A stretch of 64,000 nt of DNA from Microcoleus sp. (GCA_052279835.1 CP181291.1:1280001-1344000); one strand, 5' to 3'. Positions 32,784-42,870 are shown, counted from the first letter of the stretch. Notes: generated from the sequence alone by a model not told the origin. Program-made: numbers and translations.

Positions 32784-32960
32784 TTAAGGTTCAAACACCG
32801 ATGCTGCTTCTATTTCTGGAGGTAAAGGGAATTCTGTAACGAGTTGGGCAATTTCCACTATCCTCTCGAAGTTTACCACAACACCGGGCCGATGTTCTGG
32901 GTCTAAGGGCAAGTTTATCAGTTCGGCAGTGCGATCGACATATTCTTCTATATTTGTCAT
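32784..32960 (-). CDS. DUF4089 (AtzG/HpxX-like) small partner protein, 58 aa, absent from ORF track
   Basis: Manual translation MTNIEEYVDRTAELINLPLDPEHRPGVVVNFERIVEIAQLVTEFPLPPEIEAASVFEP, directly upstream of the amidase. Confidence 0.85.
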   Translation of the reverse strand: MTNIEEYVDRTAELINLPLDPEHRPGVVVNFERIVEIAQLVTEFPLPPEIEAASVFEP

Positions 32961-33019
32961 TTTTTTCTTGCTAGCGTTGAAGTGCGATCGATTATTGTAT
33001 TCTAAGGGCGATCGGGCTA

Positions 33020-33481
33020 TTAGTTATTTTCGAGCAGTTTTTTGTATTCCTCGGATTGTCTGATATCATCTAGAGGCGATTTTTGTTCTGGTGGTTCATC
33101 AGGACAAAACTTTATACATACCTGTGTTTTCCAAGACTGCAAAGTTTGATTAAGTTCTATTTGAAGCTTTCCTTTTTGCCAACCCTTAGAACCTATTTTG
33201 AGAATTTGACAATCAATTCCTTCTTGAGGCGATTTCCAGTTTATATCCCCTCCCATAATTTGTGTTTCTTCGTTAATCGACAGATATTGTATCCATTGAA
33301 TTATCGACTTCTCACGTTTGTTAGTTTCTGCTACATAAGTCTGAATCATTATCTTGTTAAACTTACTGGAGGCTAGCTCTTTAAATCGGCGCACCGTAAA
33401 AGTAGCTTGACCCAATAACAAAACATCATCATCGCCGTCTAGTGTCTCATAGTTTCTATTGATTTCAACTTTTTAGTCCAT
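33020..33481 (-). pseudogene. KGK-domain protein with nonsense codon at codon 3 (or restart at TTG 33421)
   Basis: EGIDCQILKIGSKGWQKGK...FCPDEP...SPLDDIRQ; in-frame ATG GAC TAA at 33481-33473. Confidence 0.65.
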
Positions 33482-33577
33482 TTTATTTCACAAATTTCTG
33501 CTTTATATTTGATACCATTTCAAGCTATCTGAGTCAAGCTAGTTAACAAAACAAATTGACTCTCGCACTTTCCCAAC

Positions 33578-34030
33578 TCAAACACTGACAGTTTCCCGCA
33601 ACTTCTCAACAGCCACATCCAGCGGAGGCAAATCAAAATCCTCAGCATCCATCAATTCCTTAACCTTCTCAAAAATCTCAACCTTCACCTCTTCCTGGTC
33701 GGTTAGCTTATCATAAAAATAAGGGTCAGTAAACCACTGCTCAAACGCTATCATTAACAAACCATTAGGCGAAAGTTCAAACCGCCAATACTTAGAAATT
33801 CTGCTGTCAACCACTTCAAACATCGGTGCCGGATTATGGATGGGATAATAGCTGTAATTATCATTGCAGATATAGTACCAAATAGTCCCTTTCCATTCTC
33901 GGATAGCATAAACAACATATTCCTTGCCTATAGTTAGTGGTAACTCAACTTTTTTAGTGTAACCGCGTGGCGGATCTATATATTCTTCAGGGATAGATTC
34001 ACCAGTCTTAGCAATACAGCGAATTTTCAT
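33578..34030 (-). CDS. Hypothetical protein resembling polymorphic-toxin immunity proteins
   Basis: MKIRCI...LTIGKEYVVYAI...WYYI...PAPMFEVVD...SKYW...FYDKL pattern. Confidence 0.5.
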   Translation of the reverse strand: MKIRCIAKTGESIPEEYIDPPRGYTKKVELPLTIGKEYVVYAIREWKGTIWYYICNDNYSYYPIHNPAPMFEVVDSRISKYWRFELSPNGLLMIAFEQWFTDPYFYDKLTDQEEVKVEIFEKVKELMDAEDFDLPPLDVAVEKLRETVSV

Positions 34031-34089
34031 AACTTGATTAGCTACAGATTTTTAGGGGCTGTTTCGCGAGCGTACAAATGCCCAATGCC

Positions 34090-35007
34090 CTATACCATCC
34101 ACTGTCTGAGGCGATCGCATAAAGGACTCTCAGAATGCAGCCAAACCACATCATCAGTCGTGTTTCCTACTTGCGCCTTAGACAATTTTAGCCGATCGCC
34201 AAAACCATGCCGTTGCACCTCCAAATTAAAACCTTCATAGCCAAAACCACCCATAACAGAAAAAAGTTCTGCCACACTAGAACCAGCCCGTTCCAGATGA
34301 CTTCCTACAACTTCTGTCAACACCCCAGGGCGAAATTTTTGCAGCGTTTGAGAGAAACCTTTAATCACATTCACCTCAAACCCCTCCACATCAATTTTAA
34401 TAAAAGTAGCACCAGGAAGATTGTCAGGCAACATCTCATCTCCGCGATACACTGGTACTCGATACTGATTAGAAATCAAACAGCGATCTTTTGCCGGAAG
34501 TTCAGCAAAAGTACCCAAACCAGTAACATCTGTAGGCACTGTCAGTGTTAGTTCAGTTTCCTCGTCAGAAAGGCCACACTGGTGCAGAAAAACTTGCTGC
34601 AATTCATTATCTGTTACCGCAGCTTGTAATTGTTGAAATGCCAGAGGATTTGGTTCAAAAGCGTGTACGCATCCCGCTGTTCTTGTATGATACGCAGCCA
34701 AAAGAGTAATCATACCTGTATTCGCGCCGGCATCAATAAAACTGTCCCCAGGCTGTACAGAATTTTGGATTAAAAGTTGTGTGGGCAAATCATAATAACG
34801 ACCTAAAAAATAGCTCATGCGATCGTTCCACTTGGAAAGATCCATCGCCATCCGATAACCGTGTAACTTCCCTCGCATCTCGCGTATAGGAGCATTTTTC
34901 CACAAATCGTCCTGGTATAGCCCGATCAGATTCATCAGTTTTCCCCATCCAGGGAGTTCTAATCGCGTATAGGGTAAAATCAAAAGAGAATACAGTGGAT
35001 AATTCAT
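34090..35007 (-). CDS. FkbM family methyltransferase
   Basis: FIDAGANTG, AFEPNP, IKIDVEGFE. Confidence 0.92.
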   Translation of the reverse strand: MNYPLYSLLILPYTRLELPGWGKLMNLIGLYQDDLWKNAPIREMRGKLHGYRMAMDLSKWNDRMSYFLGRYYDLPTQLLIQNSVQPGDSFIDAGANTGMITLLAAYHTRTAGCVHAFEPNPLAFQQLQAAVTDNELQQVFLHQCGLSDEETELTLTVPTDVTGLGTFAELPAKDRCLISNQYRVPVYRGDEMLPDNLPGATFIKIDVEGFEVNVIKGFSQTLQKFRPGVLTEVVGSHLERAGSSVAELFSVMGGFGYEGFNLEVQRHGFGDRLKLSKAQVGNTTDDVVWLHSESPLCDRLRQWMV

Positions 35008-35229
35008 ATAAAATCCTCTCTTCATTGGAATGATTAAACTCTCTCTTCTCTGCCTTCGCGTACTACCCTACGGGAACCCCTGCGGGGAACGCGCCTTCGC
35101 GGTTAAATCATTCAGATACAACCGGAATTGATATCATAGATATTAAACCTCCCCAAAACATTCAAAATCCTGAAACAGCTAGCTCAAAGCTATTTGAGAT
35201 AATAGCACAGCCACAGCATATTTTTTGAC

Positions 35230-35724
35230 TCAACAGATAATTTCAAAATCCAGCTTGTGACTTTTAACAAAATCATAGCTAAAATGGTCAACTATATTAG
35301 TATCGATCAATTCCAGATTATAAAAATCAATAAAATCCCCCTCAAAATACGGCCCCGCGTGCCAAGTTCCCACTTCCAACTTAATAAAACAATTACCAGG
35401 AATCTGAAAAGCAGCTAGCTCCTCCAAACTAGGTCGATCGCCCTTGCAAGGAGGTGCCACAGCAATCAACCAATCCTTCCCTTCCAGAGAACCCAAACAC
35501 TGCGTACATTCAACGTGTCGCGTAATTTTACGAAACTTGCGACCTGGATTTTGCAGTCGCATAATATAGAATCTAGGAATGCCATTTTGCAAATTCAACA
35601 GAGCATCCTCAGCATCAAAAGACTTACCATCAAAACTCGCAGAAATAACTTGACCATAACTGCGAAAATTCTCCGGAGTCACCCATTGTGCAAACAACTG
35701 CTTAGTCGAAATTGATTCGCTCAT
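35230..35724 (-). CDS. Ureidoglycolate lyase family protein
   Basis: TPENFRSYGQVI, ITRHVECTQCL, GTWHAGP. Confidence 0.85.
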   Translation of the reverse strand: MSESISTKQLFAQWVTPENFRSYGQVISASFDGKSFDAEDALLNLQNGIPRFYIMRLQNPGRKFRKITRHVECTQCLGSLEGKDWLIAVAPPCKGDRPSLEELAAFQIPGNCFIKLEVGTWHAGPYFEGDFIDFYNLELIDTNIVDHFSYDFVKSHKLDFEIIC

Positions 35725-35840
35725 AAATCCCAACATCCCCTCACTCATTTCATCAACAATATAATACAAATACCCCTCCCTCCCTTCTTTCTCTGTGTCC
35801 TCTGCGCCCTCTGCGGTTAAAGAAAAAAATCTAAATCACT

Positions 35841-37472
35841 TTATCCATCCCCCAAAAAACCCTTACCCTCAAACTCAGCACACCGCTGCAAAAACCGAGC
35901 CGGAATATCAGGCCTCGCCCCCCAATGCAAGTGCAAATAAGAAGCATGAACTCCATTAACTCCCCAACCTTCACCAACCTGCTCAACTTCACCGCGCTTG
36001 CCATATCTCCAACTATGATAAACTGGGTCACTCGGTTCCACAGTCAAGTGCGATCGATGAAACTCATGCCCGCAAACTAGATCTCCCGAAATTAACACCG
36101 AACTATCTCTCACCGCCACAGTTTCTCGATATCCCAAAGTCAAACGCTTTCCCATCTCAGCAGTAGACGGCAACACTCCCACCCCTTCCCAAGAATTGCC
36201 ATCAAAGTCTACAATGGAATCGCACAAATACATCAACCCCCCACATTCGGCATAAGTCGGCATTCCCGCAACGATCGCACTTTTTACCGCCTCTCGAATC
36301 ACCAAATTATCGCTCAATTCCTGCGCAAAAACTTCAGGAAAACCGCCCCCAAAATATAACCCTTGAATATCATCAGGAAATACAGCATCATCAAGGGGGC
36401 TCCAAAAGACCAACTCGGCACCCAACTGGGCCAATAAATCCAGATTGTCCTGATAGTAAAAATTAAAAGCCCGATCGCGCGCCACCGCAATCCTCACTCC
36501 AAATTGTTTTCCCAAACTATTGACATCATCATTTTTTTTAGTTATTATTGAGTAAGGGACTTTGTGTCTATCCAAAAGTTGCTCAGACCCCTCACCCCCC
36601 TCATCAGAAGTACCAGCCAGCATTGGCAAAAGTTTTTCCCAGTCAAAAGCCACAGCAGCCAAATCAGCCAACTTGTCGATCGCAGCGTGAAGATTGGGCA
36701 ACTCCTCAGCAGGAATCAGACCTAAATGGCGATCGGGAATAGTCACAGCCTCATCCCGTCGCAGCACCCCCAAAACAGGTAAATTCAGCGGTTTTAGGGC
36801 ATCTTGAAGTAATTCTAAATGTCGATCGCTCGCCACCCGATTCAATACTAAACCAGCAAAATTCAGGTTTTTGTCCAAAGAGCGAAAACCGTGGGCGATC
36901 GCAGCTACAGAGCCCGAAAGTCTACTGCAATCTATCACCAACAATACCGGCAAATTCAGCAAAGAAGCAACATGAGCCGTAGAAGCAAAGGAAAAATCAT
37001 AATTGAACTCTTCTTCCCCCCAAGGCGGGGATAGGGGGGGGTTATTATTACCCCCTTGGGGGGAGTTGTTCTTCTCCTCTGGGTGGGGGTTCTTCCCCTC
37101 TTGGAGGGGCTTTTTCTTCCCCCCTTGGGGGGGGTAGGGGGGGGTTGACTTTTCGGATGTGTAGGGCGGCGCTGACTTATTACTTCGACTCACTCCATCA
37201 AATAAACCCATTACCCCTTCAACCAAGGCAAAATCGACATCTTGAATATGGCGATAAAAACACTCCTGCACGTAAGATTCAGAGGTTAATATCGCGTCTA
37301 AATTCCGACAGGGGCGGCCGGTGACAAAAGCATGAAACATTGGGTCAATGTAATCCGGGCCTACCTTAAAAGATTGGACATTCAAGCCGCGGCGGATTAA
37401 ATAAGCTAAAAGGGCGATCGTTACAGTAGTCTTCCCGGCACCACTGCGTTCGCCCGCAATTACTAAAGCCAT
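35841..37472 (-). CDS. cobB: Cobyrinate a,c-diamide synthase
   Basis: SGAGKTT, FKVGPDYIDP, EGVMGLFDG, RHLGL, AFNFYY, GGGFPE, AECGGLMYL, HEFH. Confidence 0.95.
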   Translation of the reverse strand: MALVIAGERSGAGKTTVTIALLAYLIRRGLNVQSFKVGPDYIDPMFHAFVTGRPCRNLDAILTSESYVQECFYRHIQDVDFALVEGVMGLFDGVSRSNKSAPPYTSEKSTPPYPPQGGKKKPLQEGKNPHPEEKNNSPQGGNNNPPLSPPWGEEEFNYDFSFASTAHVASLLNLPVLLVIDCSRLSGSVAAIAHGFRSLDKNLNFAGLVLNRVASDRHLELLQDALKPLNLPVLGVLRRDEAVTIPDRHLGLIPAEELPNLHAAIDKLADLAAVAFDWEKLLPMLAGTSDEGGEGSEQLLDRHKVPYSIITKKNDDVNSLGKQFGVRIAVARDRAFNFYYQDNLDLLAQLGAELVFWSPLDDAVFPDDIQGLYFGGGFPEVFAQELSDNLVIREAVKSAIVAGMPTYAECGGLMYLCDSIVDFDGNSWEGVGVLPSTAEMGKRLTLGYRETVAVRDSSVLISGDLVCGHEFHRSHLTVEPSDPVYHSWRYGKRGEVEQVGEGWGVNGVHASYLHLHWGARPDIPARFLQRCAEFEGKGFLGDG

Positions 37473-37753
37473 AACCCTAGATTAATCATAAAAAATACTG
37501 ACAATTGATAATCGATCAAATTCTGATATCTAATTCATCTCTCTTTTCTCTCTCTGCGTTCTCTGTGTTCTCTGCGGTTTAATTATTTCTATGCAATCAT
37601 AATCCATCTGAGGATTGCCCATCGAATAATATCTATTTTAATGAACCGCGAAGACGCGAAGAGCGCGAAGGAAGAAAAGAGCAGAAAAGTAGGGCAGACG
37701 TTGCCTGCCCCACTGAATCTTAACTAATACATTGCCCGTTGCCGAACTTGTTT

Positions 37754-39118
37754 TTACCGCTTAGCTAATTTCAGCAATTGAGCTGTCACTGCCAAGCTTT
37801 CTTCGTAAAGCACGTCGCGCCCCCAACTCTGCAAGTGCTGGCCAAGCAACTGTTCCGTCACTTGATCGAACAGGGGTGTCACCTGGTTAAATCGATCGGT
37901 TTGAGCGCCACCATGAGTTTCCATCCGCATACAGCCACCGGTTTCGGAACACAGCACCGTACCGCAGTCAGCATTCGGGTTAGTAGAATTCAAGCGCAAA
38001 GCAATCAAATCCCCAGGGACATCACCCGTATCCGCAGTCGGAATCGCAGCCAACTCTGCCTCCACAACCCGTCCCTCAGCACCTGCGAACTGAATCCGCT
38101 TGATTTTGTAGTCACCATCCTCTTGTTTATAAGCCACAGGATGCCACTGAAGTCGGCTGGCTAGCCAACCCAAATACATCAGGGCTTGAGTCGAATTATC
38201 TTGTTCGTAATCGATTGTCACCCTATCGATTTCCCGAATTGCCGCGCGACGTTCCGGTGGATCGAAAGCCTCAGCGGCCAATTCCTGCCACGGAGCCAAC
38301 CTGCGCCAATTGAGATCTGCGATGGGAATTCCGTCTTCAATCAGGCTTTGCATCAACAGCAATTCGGCTTCGGGTTCGGCAAAGCAACTCGAATCGATAA
38401 TTACAGAGCTACTGGTGGCTGCCAATTTTTGGAAAAAATGTCTATCGGCATCGGGCGTTGCCTTCCACCACAATAATTTCGGCAAATCCGCAATCATCAG
38501 TGCTGTCACCACACCGCTCACCCGTTCCAGAGCAGCTTCGGTACCCCGCAGCGTAATGTACTCACAGCAGACCAAATTGCCAGTACCACCCTTGTGAACC
38601 GGACAATAAGCAGCGACTTGAGCCTGTACGCCCGTATCTTCTCCCAGCATCGGGCACAGAGCAATAATCCGGCAGGGATTAGCAGCGACTATCGCGTCAG
38701 CTACAGCGGAACCTCCTGAACCGAAACCCGTTGGACCTAACTTGCTGCCATTGGAATTTTTACGGGCTACTTCTTCCCGCAAAGTGGCGAGCAATTCAGC
38801 ATTAGGTTTACCTGTTCTTGGCAAGCCGTAGGCTTTTTGAGCAGCTCTGATGCTAGATGCGGTCATCGGCCCGGTGATGCCATCAATGGGCCCGTCGTAA
38901 AAGCCCAGATCGGCTAATAGCTGCTGAGTTTCTTCGGGTTCGTAGACTACAAACGTAAATGTTGTCGCTCTAGTCGCGATCGGAAAATCGCCGTTTGACC
39001 CCGATTCTCTGTAACTTTCCCAAATTTTAGCTAATTCGGCTTCTATTTGGTCGATCGAAACATCTTTAGGAGTTTGTAGCGAAACTAGAGGCGGAGCTTT
39101 CAGCGGTGTCATAGTCAT
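37754..39118 (-). CDS. opcA: G6PDH assembly/allosteric protein OpcA (with peptidoglycan-binding-like insert)
   Basis: LQTPKDVS, YEPEETQQLL, PCRIIAL, CCEYITL, DLNWRRLAPWQE; follows zwf. Confidence 0.95.
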   Translation of the reverse strand: MTMTPLKAPPLVSLQTPKDVSIDQIEAELAKIWESYRESGSNGDFPIATRATTFTFVVYEPEETQQLLADLGFYDGPIDGITGPMTASSIRAAQKAYGLPRTGKPNAELLATLREEVARKNSNGSKLGPTGFGSGGSAVADAIVAANPCRIIALCPMLGEDTGVQAQVAAYCPVHKGGTGNLVCCEYITLRGTEAALERVSGVVTALMIADLPKLLWWKATPDADRHFFQKLAATSSSVIIDSSCFAEPEAELLLMQSLIEDGIPIADLNWRRLAPWQELAAEAFDPPERRAAIREIDRVTIDYEQDNSTQALMYLGWLASRLQWHPVAYKQEDGDYKIKRIQFAGAEGRVVEAELAAIPTADTGDVPGDLIALRLNSTNPNADCGTVLCSETGGCMRMETHGGAQTDRFNQVTPLFDQVTEQLLGQHLQSWGRDVLYEESLAVTAQLLKLAKR

Positions 39119-39140
39119 CGGTTTTTTCTCCTTTTTTATT

Positions 39141-39275
39141 TGTCATTAGTCATTAGTCATTAGTCATTAGTCATTAGTCATTAGTTAGCAGTTCTTAGTT
39201 AGCAGTTCTTAGCTAATCGCTAATGACTGGTGCTGACCAATAAACTAATGACTAATGACTGCTGACTAATGACTA
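39141..39275. repeat. STRR 7-mer tract
   Basis: (GTCATTA)6 plus inverse (CTAATGA)n. Confidence 0.9.
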
Positions 39276-40805
39276 TTACAGTCTGCGCCACTTACGGCCG
39301 TCTCGATTAATTAGCAATTCTGCCTCGGCGGGTTCCCAGGTACCTGCTTCATACTGAGGCACCAGGGCGGGATCGCTCGGTGCTTCCCACGCCATGAGTG
39401 CTGGTGTGACAACCCGCCAAGCTTCTTCTACTTCATCAGAACGGGTGAACAAAGTTTGGTCGCCCAACATACAGTCAATCAAAAGTCGATCGTAAGCGTC
39501 CGAGGAAGTCACCCCAAAGGAAGAACCATAACTGAAATCCATATCCACCGTCCGCGTTCTTAAATCAGGTCCTGGCATTTTCGCCTCAAACCTCAGTGAA
39601 ATCCCCTCATTGGGATGCACGCGCATCGTCAACACGTTAGGAGTCGTTTGTTGAGCGGCAGACTGAAAAATTAACAGTGGCACTTCGCGGAACTGAATCG
39701 CTATTTCGCTGACTTTTTTGGGCAATCGCTTCCCGGTGCGTAGGTAAAAAGGCACTCCCTGCCAGCGCCAGTTGTCGATCGCAAACTTCATCGCCACAAA
39801 AGTAGGCGTCATCGAGTTAGGATTGACTCCTGGTTCGGTGCGGTATCCGGGCACTGGCTTGCCTTTCATCCACCCGGCGGAATACTGTCCGCGAATTGCA
39901 GAATTCTCTAAGTTATGCAAGTCAGCTAAGCGTGTTGCTTGCAAAACTTTCATCTTTTCGGTGCGGATGCTGTCAGCGTCTAGGGAGTTTGGCGGTTCCA
40001 TCGCTGTCAGACAAAAAATCTGCATCAAATGGTTTTGCAGCATATCCCGTAAAGCCCCAGAGGATTCGTAGTAACCGGCTCGGTCTTCTACCCCTACTGT
40101 TTCTGCCACTGTAATTTGTACGTGATCGACAAATTGGCGGTTCCACAGTGGCTCGAAAATTGCATTCGCAAACCGGAACACCATCAGATTTTGAACAGTT
40201 TCTTTACCCAAATAGTGGTCAATTCGGTACACTTGCTGTTCTTGACAAACCTGCTGCACTACTCGATTGAGAGCTTTTGCCGAACTTAAATCGCGGCCGA
40301 AGGGTTTTTCAATTACTAAGCGGTGCTTCAGGGGGTCTGTGAGCATTTTGGCTGCCCCCAGTTGCCGAATTGCTTCGGGAAAGAAGTTGGGGGAAACAGA
40401 AAGATAAAATATATGGTTGCCGCGGGTTCTCCTTTGTTGGTCAAGTTCCCCTAAAAAAGCTTTAAGTTTTTGATAGCTTTCGGGGTTATCAATATCGCCT
40501 GGACAGTAGAACAAACCTTGAGCAAAATCTTGCCAAAATTCTTCATTGGCAATGCCACCACCAAATTCTTCAACGCCTTCCCGCATTTGCTCTCGGAAGT
40601 AATCGTGACTCCAAGGGCGGCGTGCCACTCCCACCACGGTAGTTTCTGGTGGCAGGCGTCGATCGCGCTTCATCTGATAGATTGCTGGTACGAGTTTGCG
40701 CTGCGTCAGATCCCCGGAAGCTCCGAAGATTACCAGAATTTGCGGTTCTGGCACTCGTTCTTTTCGCAAACCTATCCGCAACGGGTTTTCAAGAATTGTG
40801 ACCAT
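39276..40805 (-). CDS. zwf: Glucose-6-phosphate dehydrogenase
   Basis: [20 protein letters not shown]. Confidence 0.98.
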   Translation of the reverse strand: MVTILENPLRIGLRKERVPEPQILVIFGASGDLTQRKLVPAIYQMKRDRRLPPETTVVGVARRPWSHDYFREQMREGVEEFGGGIANEEFWQDFAQGLFYCPGDIDNPESYQKLKAFLGELDQQRRTRGNHIFYLSVSPNFFPEAIRQLGAAKMLTDPLKHRLVIEKPFGRDLSSAKALNRVVQQVCQEQQVYRIDHYLGKETVQNLMVFRFANAIFEPLWNRQFVDHVQITVAETVGVEDRAGYYESSGALRDMLQNHLMQIFCLTAMEPPNSLDADSIRTEKMKVLQATRLADLHNLENSAIRGQYSAGWMKGKPVPGYRTEPGVNPNSMTPTFVAMKFAIDNWRWQGVPFYLRTGKRLPKKVSEIAIQFREVPLLIFQSAAQQTTPNVLTMRVHPNEGISLRFEAKMPGPDLRTRTVDMDFSYGSSFGVTSSDAYDRLLIDCMLGDQTLFTRSDEVEEAWRVVTPALMAWEAPSDPALVPQYEAGTWEPAEAELLINRDGRKWRRL

Positions 40806-40857
40806 TTTCTATTTTGCTCCTTCTAAAGCTGACAGCCGCGCTAATACGGCTTGATAA

Positions 40858-42213
40858 TTAGCAGTTATAGCATCCGGTAACGAAATCTTGGAGTAAGTAT
40901 TTCGGAGTATTTCGGAGTATTTCGCAGTCTGAGAATGCGTATCCATAACCATCATTCCTGTAAACGAAATGTACATCTTTCATGGTTGAAAAGCTGATTC
41001 GGTTCCCGTAGATGAGAACTTCACAACCGTTCTTGTTTGGGGTTTTCACCCGTGCGGTGTAGATTCCTGCTTTCACCTTTTTTCTATCCTTGTCAATCGA
41101 AACCTTGACAATATCGCCAGCACTGACATGATGAAACACATCTTTCGCCCTCTTGACTGCCGGGAATCCTGATGCGTTGACGCGCCGTGCTTGACGGTTC
41201 CCATGTCCTTTACAGGTAACAAGTAAAGGTTGATGGGTTCGCAAATCGAGCGACTGCCCTGATTCCCCAATACAGGCGGCATCTATGCTGTGAGACTTTT
41301 CTAACCCCTGAGAGCATCGGTTATATTTCGTTCTCCCACCCGTCCAGCATTTGACCGAATCACATAATCCTTTCGCCATTCGCACAATTGCGTAACGAGT
41401 CGCGTTGACTGCTGCCGCATCCTTCAAAGGTTTCTTTACTTGTTTGAGAATTCGATCTAAAATGTTCGGCTTTTGTGACAAAAAATCTCGAATGTCTCGA
41501 TCGCCTTTCGCCTGGTTGCAAGCATGACAAGCCAATGTAAGATTAGAAACCCGATCGCTTCCTCCTTTTGATTTTGGATGAATATGTTCGATTTCTAAAG
41601 GAATATTCTCAGTGCCACAGTACGCACATTTTCTCTCCCATTTCTCCAAGAGATATTCCCGCACTTCATAGCCGAATAATGTCCCTTGCTGATAGTCAAG
41701 GCCATTGATTTCAGGATTCTGCAACTTCTGCATATCGAAGCGAACTTGCTCGATTTCAACGCCATCCACGGGGCAATACCGAATCAACCGCTTAATCCAC
41801 GTCTCAACGGTTAAGACGCGGTGCGCAATAGAAGGTGCTAACCATCCTTGGGGTTTGCGGCGATCGAATCGCTTGGAGCGATACCGCAGATTGCGAGAAC
41901 GTCTTCCCCGTCTGAATCCTGCGCGTTGCTCCAGGCCTGCTTTAATCGTTTCGCCACGATGCTGCAACTCCATCCTCCACACAATATCTTGACCGCATTG
42001 CAAGGCGAATCCGGTGAATTTTGACCCCGGATCTATTTTGATGGAATACAACTTGATGACAGGATTCTGCACTTGCTCTTGCAAAATCAAAACGTAGGGA
42101 TATTGGCGAAACACTTTCGCTTTCTCCTTTGATTGAAGCTCTCTTGCACGGGTAGGATGAATCAGAGCTAATGGCGTTTTATCGGCATTCAAAAGAAACA
42201 CATGATTTGGCAT
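40858..42213 (-). CDS. iscB: IscB RNA-guided endonuclease (IS200/IS605 family, RRXRR-HNH)
   Basis: VFLL...PL N-terminus, RuvC-I IDPGSK, Arg-rich helix RRGRRSRNLRYR, RuvC-II EQVRFD, HNH CAYC...EHIHPKSKGGSDRVSNLTLACHACN, RuvC-III HSIDA; ATG 42213 after GGAGAAGG. Confidence 0.93.
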   Translation of the reverse strand: MPNHVFLLNADKTPLALIHPTRARELQSKEKAKVFRQYPYVLILQEQVQNPVIKLYSIKIDPGSKFTGFALQCGQDIVWRMELQHRGETIKAGLEQRAGFRRGRRSRNLRYRSKRFDRRKPQGWLAPSIAHRVLTVETWIKRLIRYCPVDGVEIEQVRFDMQKLQNPEINGLDYQQGTLFGYEVREYLLEKWERKCAYCGTENIPLEIEHIHPKSKGGSDRVSNLTLACHACNQAKGDRDIRDFLSQKPNILDRILKQVKKPLKDAAAVNATRYAIVRMAKGLCDSVKCWTGGRTKYNRCSQGLEKSHSIDAACIGESGQSLDLRTHQPLLVTCKGHGNRQARRVNASGFPAVKRAKDVFHHVSAGDIVKVSIDKDRKKVKAGIYTARVKTPNKNGCEVLIYGNRISFSTMKDVHFVYRNDGYGYAFSDCEILRNTPKYLLQDFVTGCYNC

Positions 42214-42214
42214 T

Positions 42215-42460
42215 TCTGCCTTCTCCAAATATTGGGTTAAGTTTGCTTCGATCGGCTTGAGGGCTTGTTAATCGGTTTGGTGTTCTACCTTCAGAAACTA
42301 GGCGATGTTCCTCCCCTAACCGCTTGGGACTAGCAATCTCTATAGCTGAGAAAATCCCATTAAGGTTGTGACCTTTCAAGCGTCTCCACCTTGCTCAAGG
42401 GTGGGATCTGGCGTAGCAGGTAGATTAACTACTGAAGATTCGGGAAGACCCCGAATTACT
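42215..42460 (-). ncRNA. Putative omegaRNA (HEARO-like) upstream of iscB; boundaries approximate
   Basis: About 250 nt non-coding leader with hairpins (TTCGGG-GTCTT-CCCGAA, CCACC-TTGAGCAA-GGTGG) and motifs reminiscent of iscB leaders (CCAGA, GCTAGTC, TCGAAGCAAACTTAACCC). Confidence 0.6.
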
Positions 42461-42870
42461 CTGTTTCTTTGCTACTCATTTCTGCCAGTTGCTGGGCCAT
42501 ATAGTTAATCTGTGCTTCTTATTCAGCTTTAACTTCAGCCCTGATTTCCTCTCTGAGTTCTGCTCGAATTTTTGCCATCTCAACCGCCAAACGAACTTCC
42601 CAGCCTCGATATTGGTAGGAGATGAAGAATTCGAGTTTAAGCTTCTAGTTGGAGTCCTCCCAAACAAGAAACTCGATTTCCCTCTGGAAAGTTTTTGATA
42701 CTCATGGGTGTCGATTTTTCTAGTTCGGGATTGCCAACTCAGCGATAGGAGCCAAAGTTAGACCTTCTCGATTTTCCTCTGAAAGGTTTTTTGACACCCA
42801 TGGGTCTCACTTTTTCCCGGTTCGGGATTCAAAACTCAGCATTTAGGAACCTAAACAATTATCTATTCGG
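42456..42870 (-). pseudogene. Decayed fragment of an unrelated repeat/coiled-coil gene
   Basis: Interrupted frames PMGVKN(L)SEENR / PMSIKNFPEGNR and VEMAKIRAELREEIRAEVKAE*EAQINYMAQQLAEMSSKETE*. Confidence 0.45.

Noticed and set aside
38780..38930. Peptidoglycan-binding-like segment within OpcA
   Set aside because: Common in OpcA of filamentous cyanobacteria; not novel
42672..42840. Repeats upstream of iscB as a CRISPR or guide array
   Set aside because: Only two long imperfect copies, and the intervening sequence is itself partly repeated; fits a coding tandem duplication
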